Positions 8,640-16,233 of a stretch of 51,090 nucleotides of DNA are shown here, one piece after another. The notes below the pieces were generated by a model. It ran no database searches. It saw only the letters and a program-made list of their open reading frames with translations, and had not been told where the DNA came from. The DNA comes from Thermoleophilaceae bacterium. Lineage in GTDB: Bacteria; Actinomycetota; Thermoleophilia; Solirubrobacterales; Thermoleophilaceae. Location: contig JBPCQB010000110.1 of the NCBI GenBank assembly GCA_050998555.1, forward strand, positions 1-51,090. Reading direction: 5' to 3'. How positions within the stretch are numbered: position 1 is the first letter of the stretch; every line of letters begins with the position of its first letter. The position numbers and the translations under genes were made by a program.

Positions 8640-9595
8640 GGCTCCTCCCCCGGCGACGATTGCGAGGCGAGCCCCGCGCCGGCACCAACGCCCACGAGCT
8701 CGTCGGCCCGCGCTCGGGACGCTGCGGCGTCGATCTCGGCGAGCCGCTCGAGCAGTCGGCGGGTCATCGGGCGCGAGGAGACATCCGCCTGGAGCGACTC
8801 GTCCATCTCGCTGCGGAAGCCGCCGACGGCCCCGCGCCGCACCTTGAGCCGCTCGGTCCGGCCGTCCCACTCCGCACGGCCGAGGCCCTTTCGCTGGGCG
8901 CCCTCGGAGGAGAGCTCCGTCTCCCACCGGCGCATGTTCGCGAAGTCGGATGCCTCCACCGCTCCCCGCAGATGGTGCTCGTCCACCGGCTCGTCCAAGG
9001 CGAAGCGCAGGAAGCGCCGCATCTCGCTCTCGGTCGAGCCGCGGAGGCGCTCGTAGCTCATCACGTGCACGTCGCCGGGGTGGCGATCGGCCACGTCGAG
9101 CAGGTCGAGCACGAAGGCGGACTGGCGCTCGATCCCGTAGAGCGGATGGTCGAGGAACTCCCGGAGCTCGAAGTCGACGTTGCCCGTCCGGTGGCGCGAG
9201 TGGTGGTAGTGGGAGACGGCGACGTCGCGCGGGTCCCGCACCATGACCACGAGGCGCTTGCCCATCAGCGCCTCCGGGAAGAGGGGCCCGCGCCGGGCGT
9301 TGTCCAGCAGGTGCTCGAACCCCACCGAGCCCGCGCTGCGGTTGAGGCCCGTGTCGACCGGGACCCCGGCCCTCAGGGAGAGGTAGTGGGCGAGGGCGTA
9401 GCGCATCCACGTCCTGCCCGACTTGGGGAAGGAGACGACCACGACGTCGGTCTTCTCGAGCCGCCGGCGCTTGCGCCGGCGGTCGAGGACGGGCACCCGG
9501 CGCTCGAGCGTGCGCTCGAGCCGGCGGGCGGCCGTCCCCAGAGGGCGAACTCGCTTGCGAGCGCGCCGGACGAGCTTGCGCATGCGCCGGGCCAC
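8636..9595 (-). CDS. PAPS-dependent sulfotransferase (Sulfotransfer_1-like)
   Basis: GTG start. VVVSFPKSGRTWMRYALAHYL (PSB loop) and MVRDPRDVAVSHYHH (3'-PB). Arg-rich N-terminal segment. The stop overlaps the ATG of the downstream GT2 fusion (ATGA). Confidence 0.85.
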   Translation of the reverse strand: MARRMRKLVRRARKRVRPLGTAARRLERTLERRVPVLDRRRKRRRLEKTDVVVVSFPKSGRTWMRYALAHYLSLRAGVPVDTGLNRSAGSVGFEHLLDNARRGPLFPEALMGKRLVVMVRDPRDVAVSHYHHSRHRTGNVDFELREFLDHPLYGIERQSAFVLDLLDVADRHPGDVHVMSYERLRGSTESEMRRFLRFALDEPVDEHHLRGAVEASDFANMRRWETELSSEGAQRKGLGRAEWDGRTERLKVRRGAVGGFRSEMDESLQADVSSRPMTRRLLERLAEIDAAASRARADELVGVGAGAGLASQSSPGEEP

Positions 9596-9608
9596 CGCGC
9601 CGGCCTTC

Positions 9609-10421
9609 CTAGCGCTCGAGCGGTGCCAGCGCCCGCCCGCGGCGGCGACGGCGCCGGACGGACTCGGGCACGGCCCCCGCCACCCGGTGGCCGAGGCGGC
9701 GCCCCCACGTGCGCTCGATCGCCTCGAGCCTTGCCCTCAGCGCCGCGGCCTCGCGCTCAGCCTTCTCGGAGTGACGCTTGAACCTCTTGACGCGCTTCTG
9801 GAGCACCTCGACCTTGGCGCGGAGCTCCTCGCGGGACTCCCACGTCTTGGACCAGTGGTGGACGCCGTAGGCATCGGGGAACTCCTCGCCGGCGCGCCAC
9901 AGCTCGTTGAACGGGTAGGGGTAGAACAGCTCGTGGTCGAAGTAGGTCACGTCGGGATGGCCGGCCAGCATCTCGGCCAGGAACCCGGGGCCGTTCTCGT
10001 TCACCTGGAGCCCCGAGCCCGTGCGCTCGCGGACCCGGCGAACGCCCTCCTCGAAGGCGGGATGGTGGGCCTCGGCTCCGATGATCGCGCTGCCGAGGCG
10101 GCCCTCACGCTGGTAGCCCGCGAACACCGGGACCCCGTCGATCAGCGGCTCGATCGATCGCCTGCACTCCATGTCGGTGTCGATGTAGACCCCGCCCTGG
10201 GAGCGCAGCAGCTCGTAGCGCAGCACGTTCGAGCGCTCCGACTGGTTGCGCCCGCGTTCGAAGGCGGGCCGGCTCTCCCCGAGGTCCGGCAGATCCTCGT
10301 CGGTCCAGAGGCGCATCTCCCACCCCGGATGGTGGGCGCGCCACGTCTCCCCGTAGGCCACGAAGTCCTCGGGCATCGGCTCCGAGCCGAGCCATATGCG
10401 ATGGAAGATGCGAGGGATCAC
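9609..10421 (-). CDS. GT32-type glycosyltransferase (DXD) with coiled-coil tail, paralog 2 of 3
   Basis: MIPRIFHRIWLGSEPMPEDF, RNQSERSNVLRYELLRSQGGVYIDTDMEC. Tail is REELRAKVEVLQKRVKRFKRHSEKAEREAAALRARLEAIERTWGRR. The GTG start overlaps the stop of the upstream epimerase (GTGA). Confidence 0.85.
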   Translation of the reverse strand: MIPRIFHRIWLGSEPMPEDFVAYGETWRAHHPGWEMRLWTDEDLPDLGESRPAFERGRNQSERSNVLRYELLRSQGGVYIDTDMECRRSIEPLIDGVPVFAGYQREGRLGSAIIGAEAHHPAFEEGVRRVRERTGSGLQVNENGPGFLAEMLAGHPDVTYFDHELFYPYPFNELWRAGEEFPDAYGVHHWSKTWESREELRAKVEVLQKRVKRFKRHSEKAEREAAALRARLEAIERTWGRRLGHRVAGAVPESVRRRRRRGRALAPLER

Positions 10422-11392
10422 AGCGGTGCCTCAGCGTGCTCCGCGGTGCGCGTGGTCATCCACAGAAGCTGGGCCGCGAGGCCCTCCTGGAGCGACGTCT
10501 CCGCGGTCCAGCCGAGCTCCCGGGCCGCGAGCGAGGAGTCGGCGTGGGTGTGGCGCGCATCGCCCATCGTCGCGTCCTCGCGCTCCACCCTCACCTCGCG
10601 GTCGAGCAGCGTGCCCAGCATGGCGATGACCGCGTTCAGCTCCACCGGCTCCCCCCCGCCGATGTTGTACACGGCCCCGGGCCGACCGCGGGCGGCCGCG
10701 AACGTCGCGGCCACGACGTCGTCCACGTAGGTGAAGTCGCGCACCTGGCGCCCGTCGCCGAAGACGTGAAGCGGCTCCCCGGCGAGGGCTCGAGAGAGGA
10801 AGCGAAGGAAGGCCATGTCCGGGCGCTGGCGGGGTCCGTAGGCCGTGAAGTAGCGGAGCCCGACCACCGGGACCCCGTGGTTGCGGTGGTAGACGTTCGC
10901 GATCTCCTCGGTGGCCAGCTTGGTCATGCCGTACGGGGACACGGGCTGCCGCGGCGTGTCCTCGGTGGTCGGCGCGGTGAGCGCGTTGCCGTACACCGAC
11001 GAGGACGACGCGTAGACGAACGAAGAGACGGGCCGGGCCACCGCCTCCTCGAGCAGGCGCTGGGTGGCGAGGACGTTCCAGCGGACGTAGCGCTCGAAGC
11101 CCTTCCCGAACGAGCTCCGCACGCCGGCCTGGGCGGCCAGGTGGAAGACGTCGTCGACCCCGTCGAGCAGGCCGTCGAGCGAGTCGGCGCTCAGGTCGAG
11201 CTCGTGCAGGGAGAAGCCCGGGTGCTCGCGCGCGCGGGTGAGGTTCTCCTCCTTGAGCTCGCGCGGGTAGTAGTCGGTGAAGCAGTCGACCCCGACCACC
11301 TCGCGTCCCTCCGCGAGCAGCCGCTCGACGAGCCACGAGCCGATGAAGCCGGCGCAGCCGGTGACAAGCGCGCGGTCGGCGGAGCGCGCCAC
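10418..11392 (-). CDS. NAD-dependent nucleotide-sugar epimerase/dehydratase (extended SDR, GalE / UDP-glucuronate 4-epimerase-like)
   Basis: GTG at 11392, 2 nt after the upstream stop. ALVTGCAGFIGSWLVERL Rossmann motif and SPYGMTK catalytic YxxxK. The rest of ORF 10418..12118 upstream of this is overlap with the GT32 gene. Confidence 0.9.
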   Translation of the reverse strand: MARSADRALVTGCAGFIGSWLVERLLAEGREVVGVDCFTDYYPRELKEENLTRAREHPGFSLHELDLSADSLDGLLDGVDDVFHLAAQAGVRSSFGKGFERYVRWNVLATQRLLEEAVARPVSSFVYASSSSVYGNALTAPTTEDTPRQPVSPYGMTKLATEEIANVYHRNHGVPVVGLRYFTAYGPRQRPDMAFLRFLSRALAGEPLHVFGDGRQVRDFTYVDDVVAATFAAARGRPGAVYNIGGGEPVELNAVIAMLGTLLDREVRVEREDATMGDARHTHADSSLAARELGWTAETSLQEGLAAQLLWMTTRTAEHAEAPL

Positions 11393-11394
11393 GG

Positions 11395-12216
11395 CTACGT
11401 CCTCGTCCGCGGCGCGACGCCGGGGCGCCGGCGCACCGCACCGCTCACCCGAGCGAGCGCCGCCCGCACCCGGGTGACGGGCCGTCGGGTCCGTCGGGCG
11501 TCGCCGGCTTCGAGCGCGGCCAGCCGGGCCCGTGCGTCGGCCTGGCCCCGGCGGGCCTCGTCGCGCTGGGCCCTCATCCTCGCCACCTTCGCCTCGAGTC
11601 GCTCGACGCGCCGCGCGAGGTCGTCGGCGCCCTCCTCCCACGTCCTCGCCCAGTGGTGGACCGCGTAGGCCTCCGGGAACTCCTCGCCGCGGCGATGACG
11701 CTCCTTGTAGGTATAGGGGTAGAAGGTCTCCGAGCCGAAGATCGTCACGTCGGGGAACTCGGCCAGCACCTCGGTGAGGAAGCCGGGGCCGGTGGCGTTG
11801 GTCTGCTTGCCGACGCCCACCCGCTCGCCCACCAGCTCGACGGCGCGAGCCATCGCCGGGTGCCCGGGGACCGATCCGATCACGGCGCTCCCCACCCGGC
11901 CGGGGACGGTCGTGGCGGCGAACGCATCGTGCCCGTCGACGAGATCGTCGATCGGGCGCAGGCACTCCACGTCGGTGTCCACGTAGAGGCCGCCCTGGGC
12001 GTCGAGCAGCTCGTAGCGGATCACGTTCGAGCGCTCGGACTGGTTGCGCGAGCGCTCGAGCACCGCGCCGTTCACGAGCTCGGGCAGCCGCTCGTCGGTC
12101 CACAGCTCCATCCGCCACTCCGGGTGGTGGCGCCGCCAGGTCTCCCCGTATTCGACGAACTCCTCGGGCATGGGGTCCGAGCCCAGCCAGATGCGATGTA
12201 TCACGCGCGGGATCAA
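11395..12216 (-). CDS. GT32-type glycosyltransferase (DXD) with coiled-coil tail, paralog 3 of 3
   Basis: Probable TTG start at 12216 (LIPRVIHRIWLGSDPMPEEF). RNQSERSNVIRYELLDAQGGLYVDTDVEC. Tail is DDLARRVERLEAKVARMRAQRDEARRGQADARARLAALE. Confidence 0.8.
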   Translation of the reverse strand: MIPRVIHRIWLGSDPMPEEFVEYGETWRRHHPEWRMELWTDERLPELVNGAVLERSRNQSERSNVIRYELLDAQGGLYVDTDVECLRPIDDLVDGHDAFAATTVPGRVGSAVIGSVPGHPAMARAVELVGERVGVGKQTNATGPGFLTEVLAEFPDVTIFGSETFYPYTYKERHRRGEEFPEAYAVHHWARTWEEGADDLARRVERLEAKVARMRAQRDEARRGQADARARLAALEAGDARRTRRPVTRVRAALARVSGAVRRRPGVAPRTRT

Positions 12217-12236
12217 GCTTCCGACCCTAGACCCCG

Positions 12237-13043
12237 CTAGGCGAAGATCGGAGCGGTGTGGTCCATGGAGGTGAGGGGCCCTTCGGTGAGCCGCATCCCG
12301 AAGAACGGGAGCAGACGCTGCCCGGAGTAGATCGACAGGCTGCCCACCCCGCCGCTCGGCTCGAGCAGCCGGCGCACGCGGGGCACCTCGGCCGACAGGA
12401 CCCCGTGCCATGCCGACCACGGCGCCACGTCGAACGGGGCGCCCTCGGCCGAGAGCCCGTCGGGGCTCGTGACCACGAGCCGGGCCGAGGTGCCCGACCG
12501 GGTGGGGTTCAGCAGGACCACCTCGCTCTCGAGCTCGCGCGAGGCGACGATCCCCGGGACCACCTGGAGGTCATCGCGGGCCAGCAGCTTGGCCGCGCCC
12601 TGGATCGGGACCGTCGGCGCCAGGTACCCCCCGCCCCGCCGACCGTGGGCGTCGACCCACATGCCGAGGAACTTGGTGCCCTTGGGCGGCGCGGCGTCGA
12701 GGCGGATGGCGTGGACCTCGAGCACGCCGCCGTGCTCGGGGGGGTCCGGTAGCTCGAGGTCGTCGAGGCGCACCGCGCGCTGCTCCCCGAACCGCACGCG
12801 ACCCGCCTCGCGCTCCCACTCCGGCGTCGGCGACCCCGCGTATCCGCGCAGGACGAAGCGGAACTCGGCCTCCGGGTCCACCGTGGCGTGGTACGGGGTG
12901 AGCACCACCGTGACCGAGTAGTCCTCAGGACGGGGCCACCACGCGTAGCAGGGCAGCCAGCCCGAGGGCTCCTCGCGGCGGTCGGCCTCTACAGGTGCTG
13001 TGCTCGCCACAGGTCGGCGCTCGGGTCGTAGCGGATCATCCAT
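12237..13043 (-). CDS. Hypothetical protein, distant paralog of the C-terminal domain of the upstream BFD-domain protein
   Basis: The only ATG in frame downstream of the ORF head is at 13043 (MDDPLRPE), overlapping the upstream gene by 55 nt. High GC3. Block order (beta-rich VTVVLTPY, VVLLNPT, ends ..SMDHTAPIFA) resembles residues ~120-352 of 12989..14047. No family recognised. Start uncertain. Confidence 0.5.
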   Translation of the reverse strand: MDDPLRPERRPVASTAPVEADRREEPSGWLPCYAWWPRPEDYSVTVVLTPYHATVDPEAEFRFVLRGYAGSPTPEWEREAGRVRFGEQRAVRLDDLELPDPPEHGGVLEVHAIRLDAAPPKGTKFLGMWVDAHGRRGGGYLAPTVPIQGAAKLLARDDLQVVPGIVASRELESEVVLLNPTRSGTSARLVVTSPDGLSAEGAPFDVAPWSAWHGVLSAEVPRVRRLLEPSGGVGSLSIYSGQRLLPFFGMRLTEGPLTSMDHTAPIFA

Positions 13044-14047
13044 CCGGCCACCTTGTGCGTGGACGGGCTCAGCCTCACGGTGCCCGCGCTGAGGCCGGTG
13101 CCGATGGCGGGAAAGTGCTCGTGCAGGGGCACGCACGCGCTCTGGTCGAGCTCGAGGGGAGGGAGCGGCGCCCGCTCCTCGCTACCGGCGTCGTCCTGCC
13201 AGACGAGCTCGTGGTGGTCGAGGGGCACGGGCTGGGTGTTCGTGAGGAACATGTAGGCCTCCTCCGGCCGCGGGGAGAATCCCACCGGGAACACCCAGTA
13301 GTAGTTGCGCTTCAGCTCGGTGGCCGCGCCCTCCCGGGTCGGGGCGCTCTTCTCGTGCGTCGAGGTGATGCCGGTGGGGGTGATGAAGTGGAAGTACGGG
13401 CGGAACGAGGCCAGCTGCTCCGCCTCGATCACGAGCTTCACCACGCCGACGCCCTCCCACGGGACATCGGGGGGGAGGGCGTCGCGCACGTCGAGCACCG
13501 CCGAGTGCCGGGGCTCGACGCGCACCTGGGTGACGCCGAGCCGCGCGCCGGAGAGATCGAGCAGATCCGCGCGGAGGGACACGGACTTCTGACGCACCGC
13601 ACGCGAGTCCACCTCGTCGTAGGAGTTGAAGAGGATCAGCCGCGTGGTCACGTCGCGTCCGCGGTAGCCCGAGAGCACGGGCATGTACATGCGGCGAGGC
13701 AGCAGGCCGTCCTCTCCGCCCCGTCCCCGCCCGGACCGCAGGGTGCGTCGCAGCCGCTCCCATCGGGAGGGCTGGTAGGCGGGAAGGGTGACCACCGACG
13801 AGCGCACGTAGGCCTCGCCCAGGCGCTGCTCGAGCAGTCCCTCGATCTCCGACCGGCAGCCGAAGCACCGCGTGCAGGCGGTGGTCAGGCGCTGCACGTC
13901 GGCCAGGGAGTGGGCGCCGTCGCGGTCGACGGCCTCCTCCACGCGGGAGTACGGGACTCGGCGGCAGTGGCACAGCGTGCCGGCGGGATCGGCGACGAGC
14001 ACCGAAGGGCCGGCGGGGGCTGGTTCTCCGGTGGCGGGACTAGACAT
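12989..14047 (-). CDS. BFD-like [2Fe-2S]-binding domain protein with C-terminal domain of unknown function
   Basis: ATG start. CHCRRVPYSRVEEAVDRDGAHSLADVQRLTTACTRCFGCRSEIEGLL fits the CxC...CxxC bacterioferritin-associated-ferredoxin pattern. The remaining ~230 aa have no motif I recognise. Confidence 0.65.
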   Translation of the reverse strand: MSSPATGEPAPAGPSVLVADPAGTLCHCRRVPYSRVEEAVDRDGAHSLADVQRLTTACTRCFGCRSEIEGLLEQRLGEAYVRSSVVTLPAYQPSRWERLRRTLRSGRGRGGEDGLLPRRMYMPVLSGYRGRDVTTRLILFNSYDEVDSRAVRQKSVSLRADLLDLSGARLGVTQVRVEPRHSAVLDVRDALPPDVPWEGVGVVKLVIEAEQLASFRPYFHFITPTGITSTHEKSAPTREGAATELKRNYYWVFPVGFSPRPEEAYMFLTNTQPVPLDHHELVWQDDAGSEERAPLPPLELDQSACVPLHEHFPAIGTGLSAGTVRLSPSTHKVAGWMIRYDPSADLWRAQHL

Positions 14048-14104
14048 GCTCGATGGGTACCTGGGTCACCCGCGGGGAGGGTAGAAGCCGAGGCGCACTC
14101 GGGA

Positions 14105-15487
14105 TCAGGCTCCGTCGGGATCGAAGATGTCTCTCGCCGTCACGGCGAGAACTTCGTCGGCGTGCTCGACTTCGTCGCGCGCGGCGACCGCGAAGCGCGG
14201 CGCCGACTCGAGTCGCGGCAGTGCCTCAGCCCTGTGCTCGAGGGTGCGCCGGATCGCCGAGGCGTCGGCGGTCCTCGCCCACTTCGCCTCGCCGATCAGC
14301 CGTGCGGCACGACCGCGACCCGCGAGCGCGACGCAGTCGATCTCCACGGGCGGCTGGTCGCTCCAGAACGATCCGACGGCCACCACGCCCTCGCCGAGCT
14401 CGCCGGCACCCGCGATGCGTCGTACGTGATCTCGGAAGGCCGATTCCCAGCGCGCGCCCATGTGATCGTCCAGGCTCTGTTCGAGCACGGGCAGGACGCT
14501 CGATCCGAGGCCTCGCTCGATCTCCGCGCGGTAGGGCTCGAGCACACCGAGCCAGAACGCGAGGAAGTTGTCTGCGATCCGGTACAGGCGTCGGCGGGTG
14601 CTCCGCGGGCTCGCAGTCACCGGGACCATGCGCTCTACGAGGCGGAGCTCGATCAGGCGGTCGAGGGTGCGGGCGGGCTCGGCGCGCACCGCCTGCTCGA
14701 TCTCGTTGTGCTTGGTGCGGCCGGCGGCGATCGCTCGGAGCACCGGTCCGCCGAGGCTGCCGCTCTCGCCCTCGGTGGCCAGCACGAGCTGCCCCTCGTT
14801 CAGGAGCTGGCCGCCAGGGGTGGCCACCAGGCGCGCGAGGTTGTCGCGGACGCTACCGGTCTCGTCCCACCACTCGAGGTAGAGCGGCACTCCACCCACC
14901 AGCCCCCACACCAGCGCGCGTTCCCTGGGCTCGAGCCCCCTGAGCATGGCCGCCGCCTCGTGCGGGCGAAATGGGTGGAGGAGAAGCGACAGGTCGATCC
15001 GCCCGTACAGCGGCGCTCGCTCCTCCTGGATCCCCTCCATCGTCCGCACGGCGGAGCCGCAGAGGAGGATGCGGAGCTGCGTACGCCCCCGCGCCCGGTC
15101 CCAGAAGGCGCGTAGCAGACTCGGGAGCTCTGGACTGGCCCGGAGGAGCTCGGGGAACTCGTCGAGGACGAGGAGAAGCGGCCCATCCGTCGCGGCGGTG
15201 GCAAGGGCGTCGAGGGCGTCTCCCCAATCGACGAACGGTCGCGCGGCCAGGTCGCGCAGGCCGCCGCCGGCTACAGCGTCGCCCGCGGCGCGTGACAGCG
15301 CTCTGAGCTCGTCCTCGAGCGGCCGTCCGGCCCCGGTGTGGAAGACCGTCCGGTATCCGTGCGCGAAGACCTCGAGCAGAACGGTCTTGCCCACGCGGCG
15401 CCGACCCCAGAGCAGCCCGAGCCGCGCGCCCGGCTGGTCCCACCAGCGCTCGAGCGCGGCGAGCTCTTGCGTGCGGTTGACGAACAC
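14105..15487 (-). CDS. AAA-type ATPase (archaeal-ATPase / ATPase_2 family) with DUF234-like C-terminal domain
   Basis: GTG start. FVNRTQELAALERWW, Walker A GRRRVGKT, Walker B LLLVLDEFPEL. C-terminal part has VEIDCVAL...LIGEAKW, typical of the restriction-endonuclease-like DUF234 end. Confidence 0.85.
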   Translation of the reverse strand: MFVNRTQELAALERWWDQPGARLGLLWGRRRVGKTVLLEVFAHGYRTVFHTGAGRPLEDELRALSRAAGDAVAGGGLRDLAARPFVDWGDALDALATAATDGPLLLVLDEFPELLRASPELPSLLRAFWDRARGRTQLRILLCGSAVRTMEGIQEERAPLYGRIDLSLLLHPFRPHEAAAMLRGLEPRERALVWGLVGGVPLYLEWWDETGSVRDNLARLVATPGGQLLNEGQLVLATEGESGSLGGPVLRAIAAGRTKHNEIEQAVRAEPARTLDRLIELRLVERMVPVTASPRSTRRRLYRIADNFLAFWLGVLEPYRAEIERGLGSSVLPVLEQSLDDHMGARWESAFRDHVRRIAGAGELGEGVVAVGSFWSDQPPVEIDCVALAGRGRAARLIGEAKWARTADASAIRRTLEHRAEALPRLESAPRFAVAARDEVEHADEVLAVTARDIFDPDGA

Positions 15488-15547
15488 GAGCGTAATAGGT
15501 TACCGACACCAGCCGTCGGTGACACTCGACGTCGGCGACGTTAGCGG

Positions 15548-15970
15548 TCAGCATCGATACTCCGACCGTCCCGCGCACGGCGCCACCACTCGCACGCTGC
15601 CGGAGGCCACGGTCGCGAGCCCGGCGTCGAGGGTCACGAGGCTTGCCCCGAGCGCCTCGGCGAGCGCGAGGTAGGCCGCGTCGTAGGGGCTCAGCGCGTG
15701 TCGCAACGCCCAGACACGTGGCAGCAGTGGATGGTGGGGCCACCGCCTGACGGCCAGGTCGTCCAGGTCCTCGAACGCGAGCTCCACCCGCTCTGGGGAC
15801 ACCTCCGCGCGCCGCACGAGCTTGCGCACCGCGCTGACCACCTCGAGGTCGAGCAGCTCGGGTGCGTGGAGGGGACGGTCCGCCTCGAGCAGCGCACGGC
15901 GAACCTCTCCGGCGCGCGGCTCCTCTCCCGCGAGGAGCGCGACGATCGCCGAAGCATCGACGACGATCAG
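15548..15970 (-). CDS. vapC: VapC PIN-domain toxin
   Basis: Reading from 15970 gives LIVVDASAIVALLAGEEPRAGEVRRALLEADRPLHAPELLDLEVVSAVRKL...SPYDAAYLALAEALGASLVTLD, which contains the PIN acidic residues. The only start-like codon overlapping the antitoxin stop is CTG (CTGA), so the exact start is uncertain. Confidence 0.75.
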   Translation of the reverse strand: MIVVDASAIVALLAGEEPRAGEVRRALLEADRPLHAPELLDLEVVSAVRKLVRRAEVSPERVELAFEDLDDLAVRRWPHHPLLPRVWALRHALSPYDAAYLALAEALGASLVTLDAGLATVASGSVRVVAPCAGRSEYRC

Positions 15971-16203
15971 CGGTCGCGGTCCTCGCGCACCAGCGCCTCC
16001 GGCGCCTCCGGCGCCTCCGGCAACCGCATGGGATCGCGGCCAGCCATGCGGGTGAGAACCTCCTCCATGGAGGGGGTGGCCACGTCCGCCTCGGCCAGCC
16101 GGAGCATGTACTGCGAAAGCGACGTCCCGTCGCGGAGCGCGCGCAGGCGGAGCTCCCGATGCACCGGCTCGGGCACGTTCCGAACTTGGATCATCTTCGA
16201 CAT
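15967..16203 (-). CDS. vapB: VapB-type antitoxin (ribbon-helix-helix, FitA/Arc-like)
   Basis: ATG at 16203. MSKMIQVRNVPEPVHRELRLRALRDGTSLSQYMLRLA is a typical RHH antitoxin N-terminus. Sits directly upstream of and overlapping vapC. Contains a 9-bp x3 coding repeat (PEAPEAPEA). Confidence 0.7.
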   Translation of the reverse strand: MSKMIQVRNVPEPVHRELRLRALRDGTSLSQYMLRLAEADVATPSMEEVLTRMAGRDPMRLPEAPEAPEALVREDRDR

Positions 16204-16233
16204 GTGACGCACACTAACGCATGTGCCGCACAC
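16201..16233. promoter_or_regulatory. Candidate VapB operator: two 14-nt direct repeats in the divergent vapB / methyltransferase control region
   Basis: catgtgacgcacac (16201-16214) and catgtgccgcacac (16220-16233) match 13/14 with 19-bp register. The first covers the vapB start codon, the second the ATG at 16221. Confidence 0.3.

Noticed and set aside
15993-16019. 9-bp x3 tandem repeat (gcgcctccg)
   Set aside because: It lies inside vapB and simply encodes PEAPEAPEA in the disordered C-terminal region. It is not a CRISPR or regulatory array.
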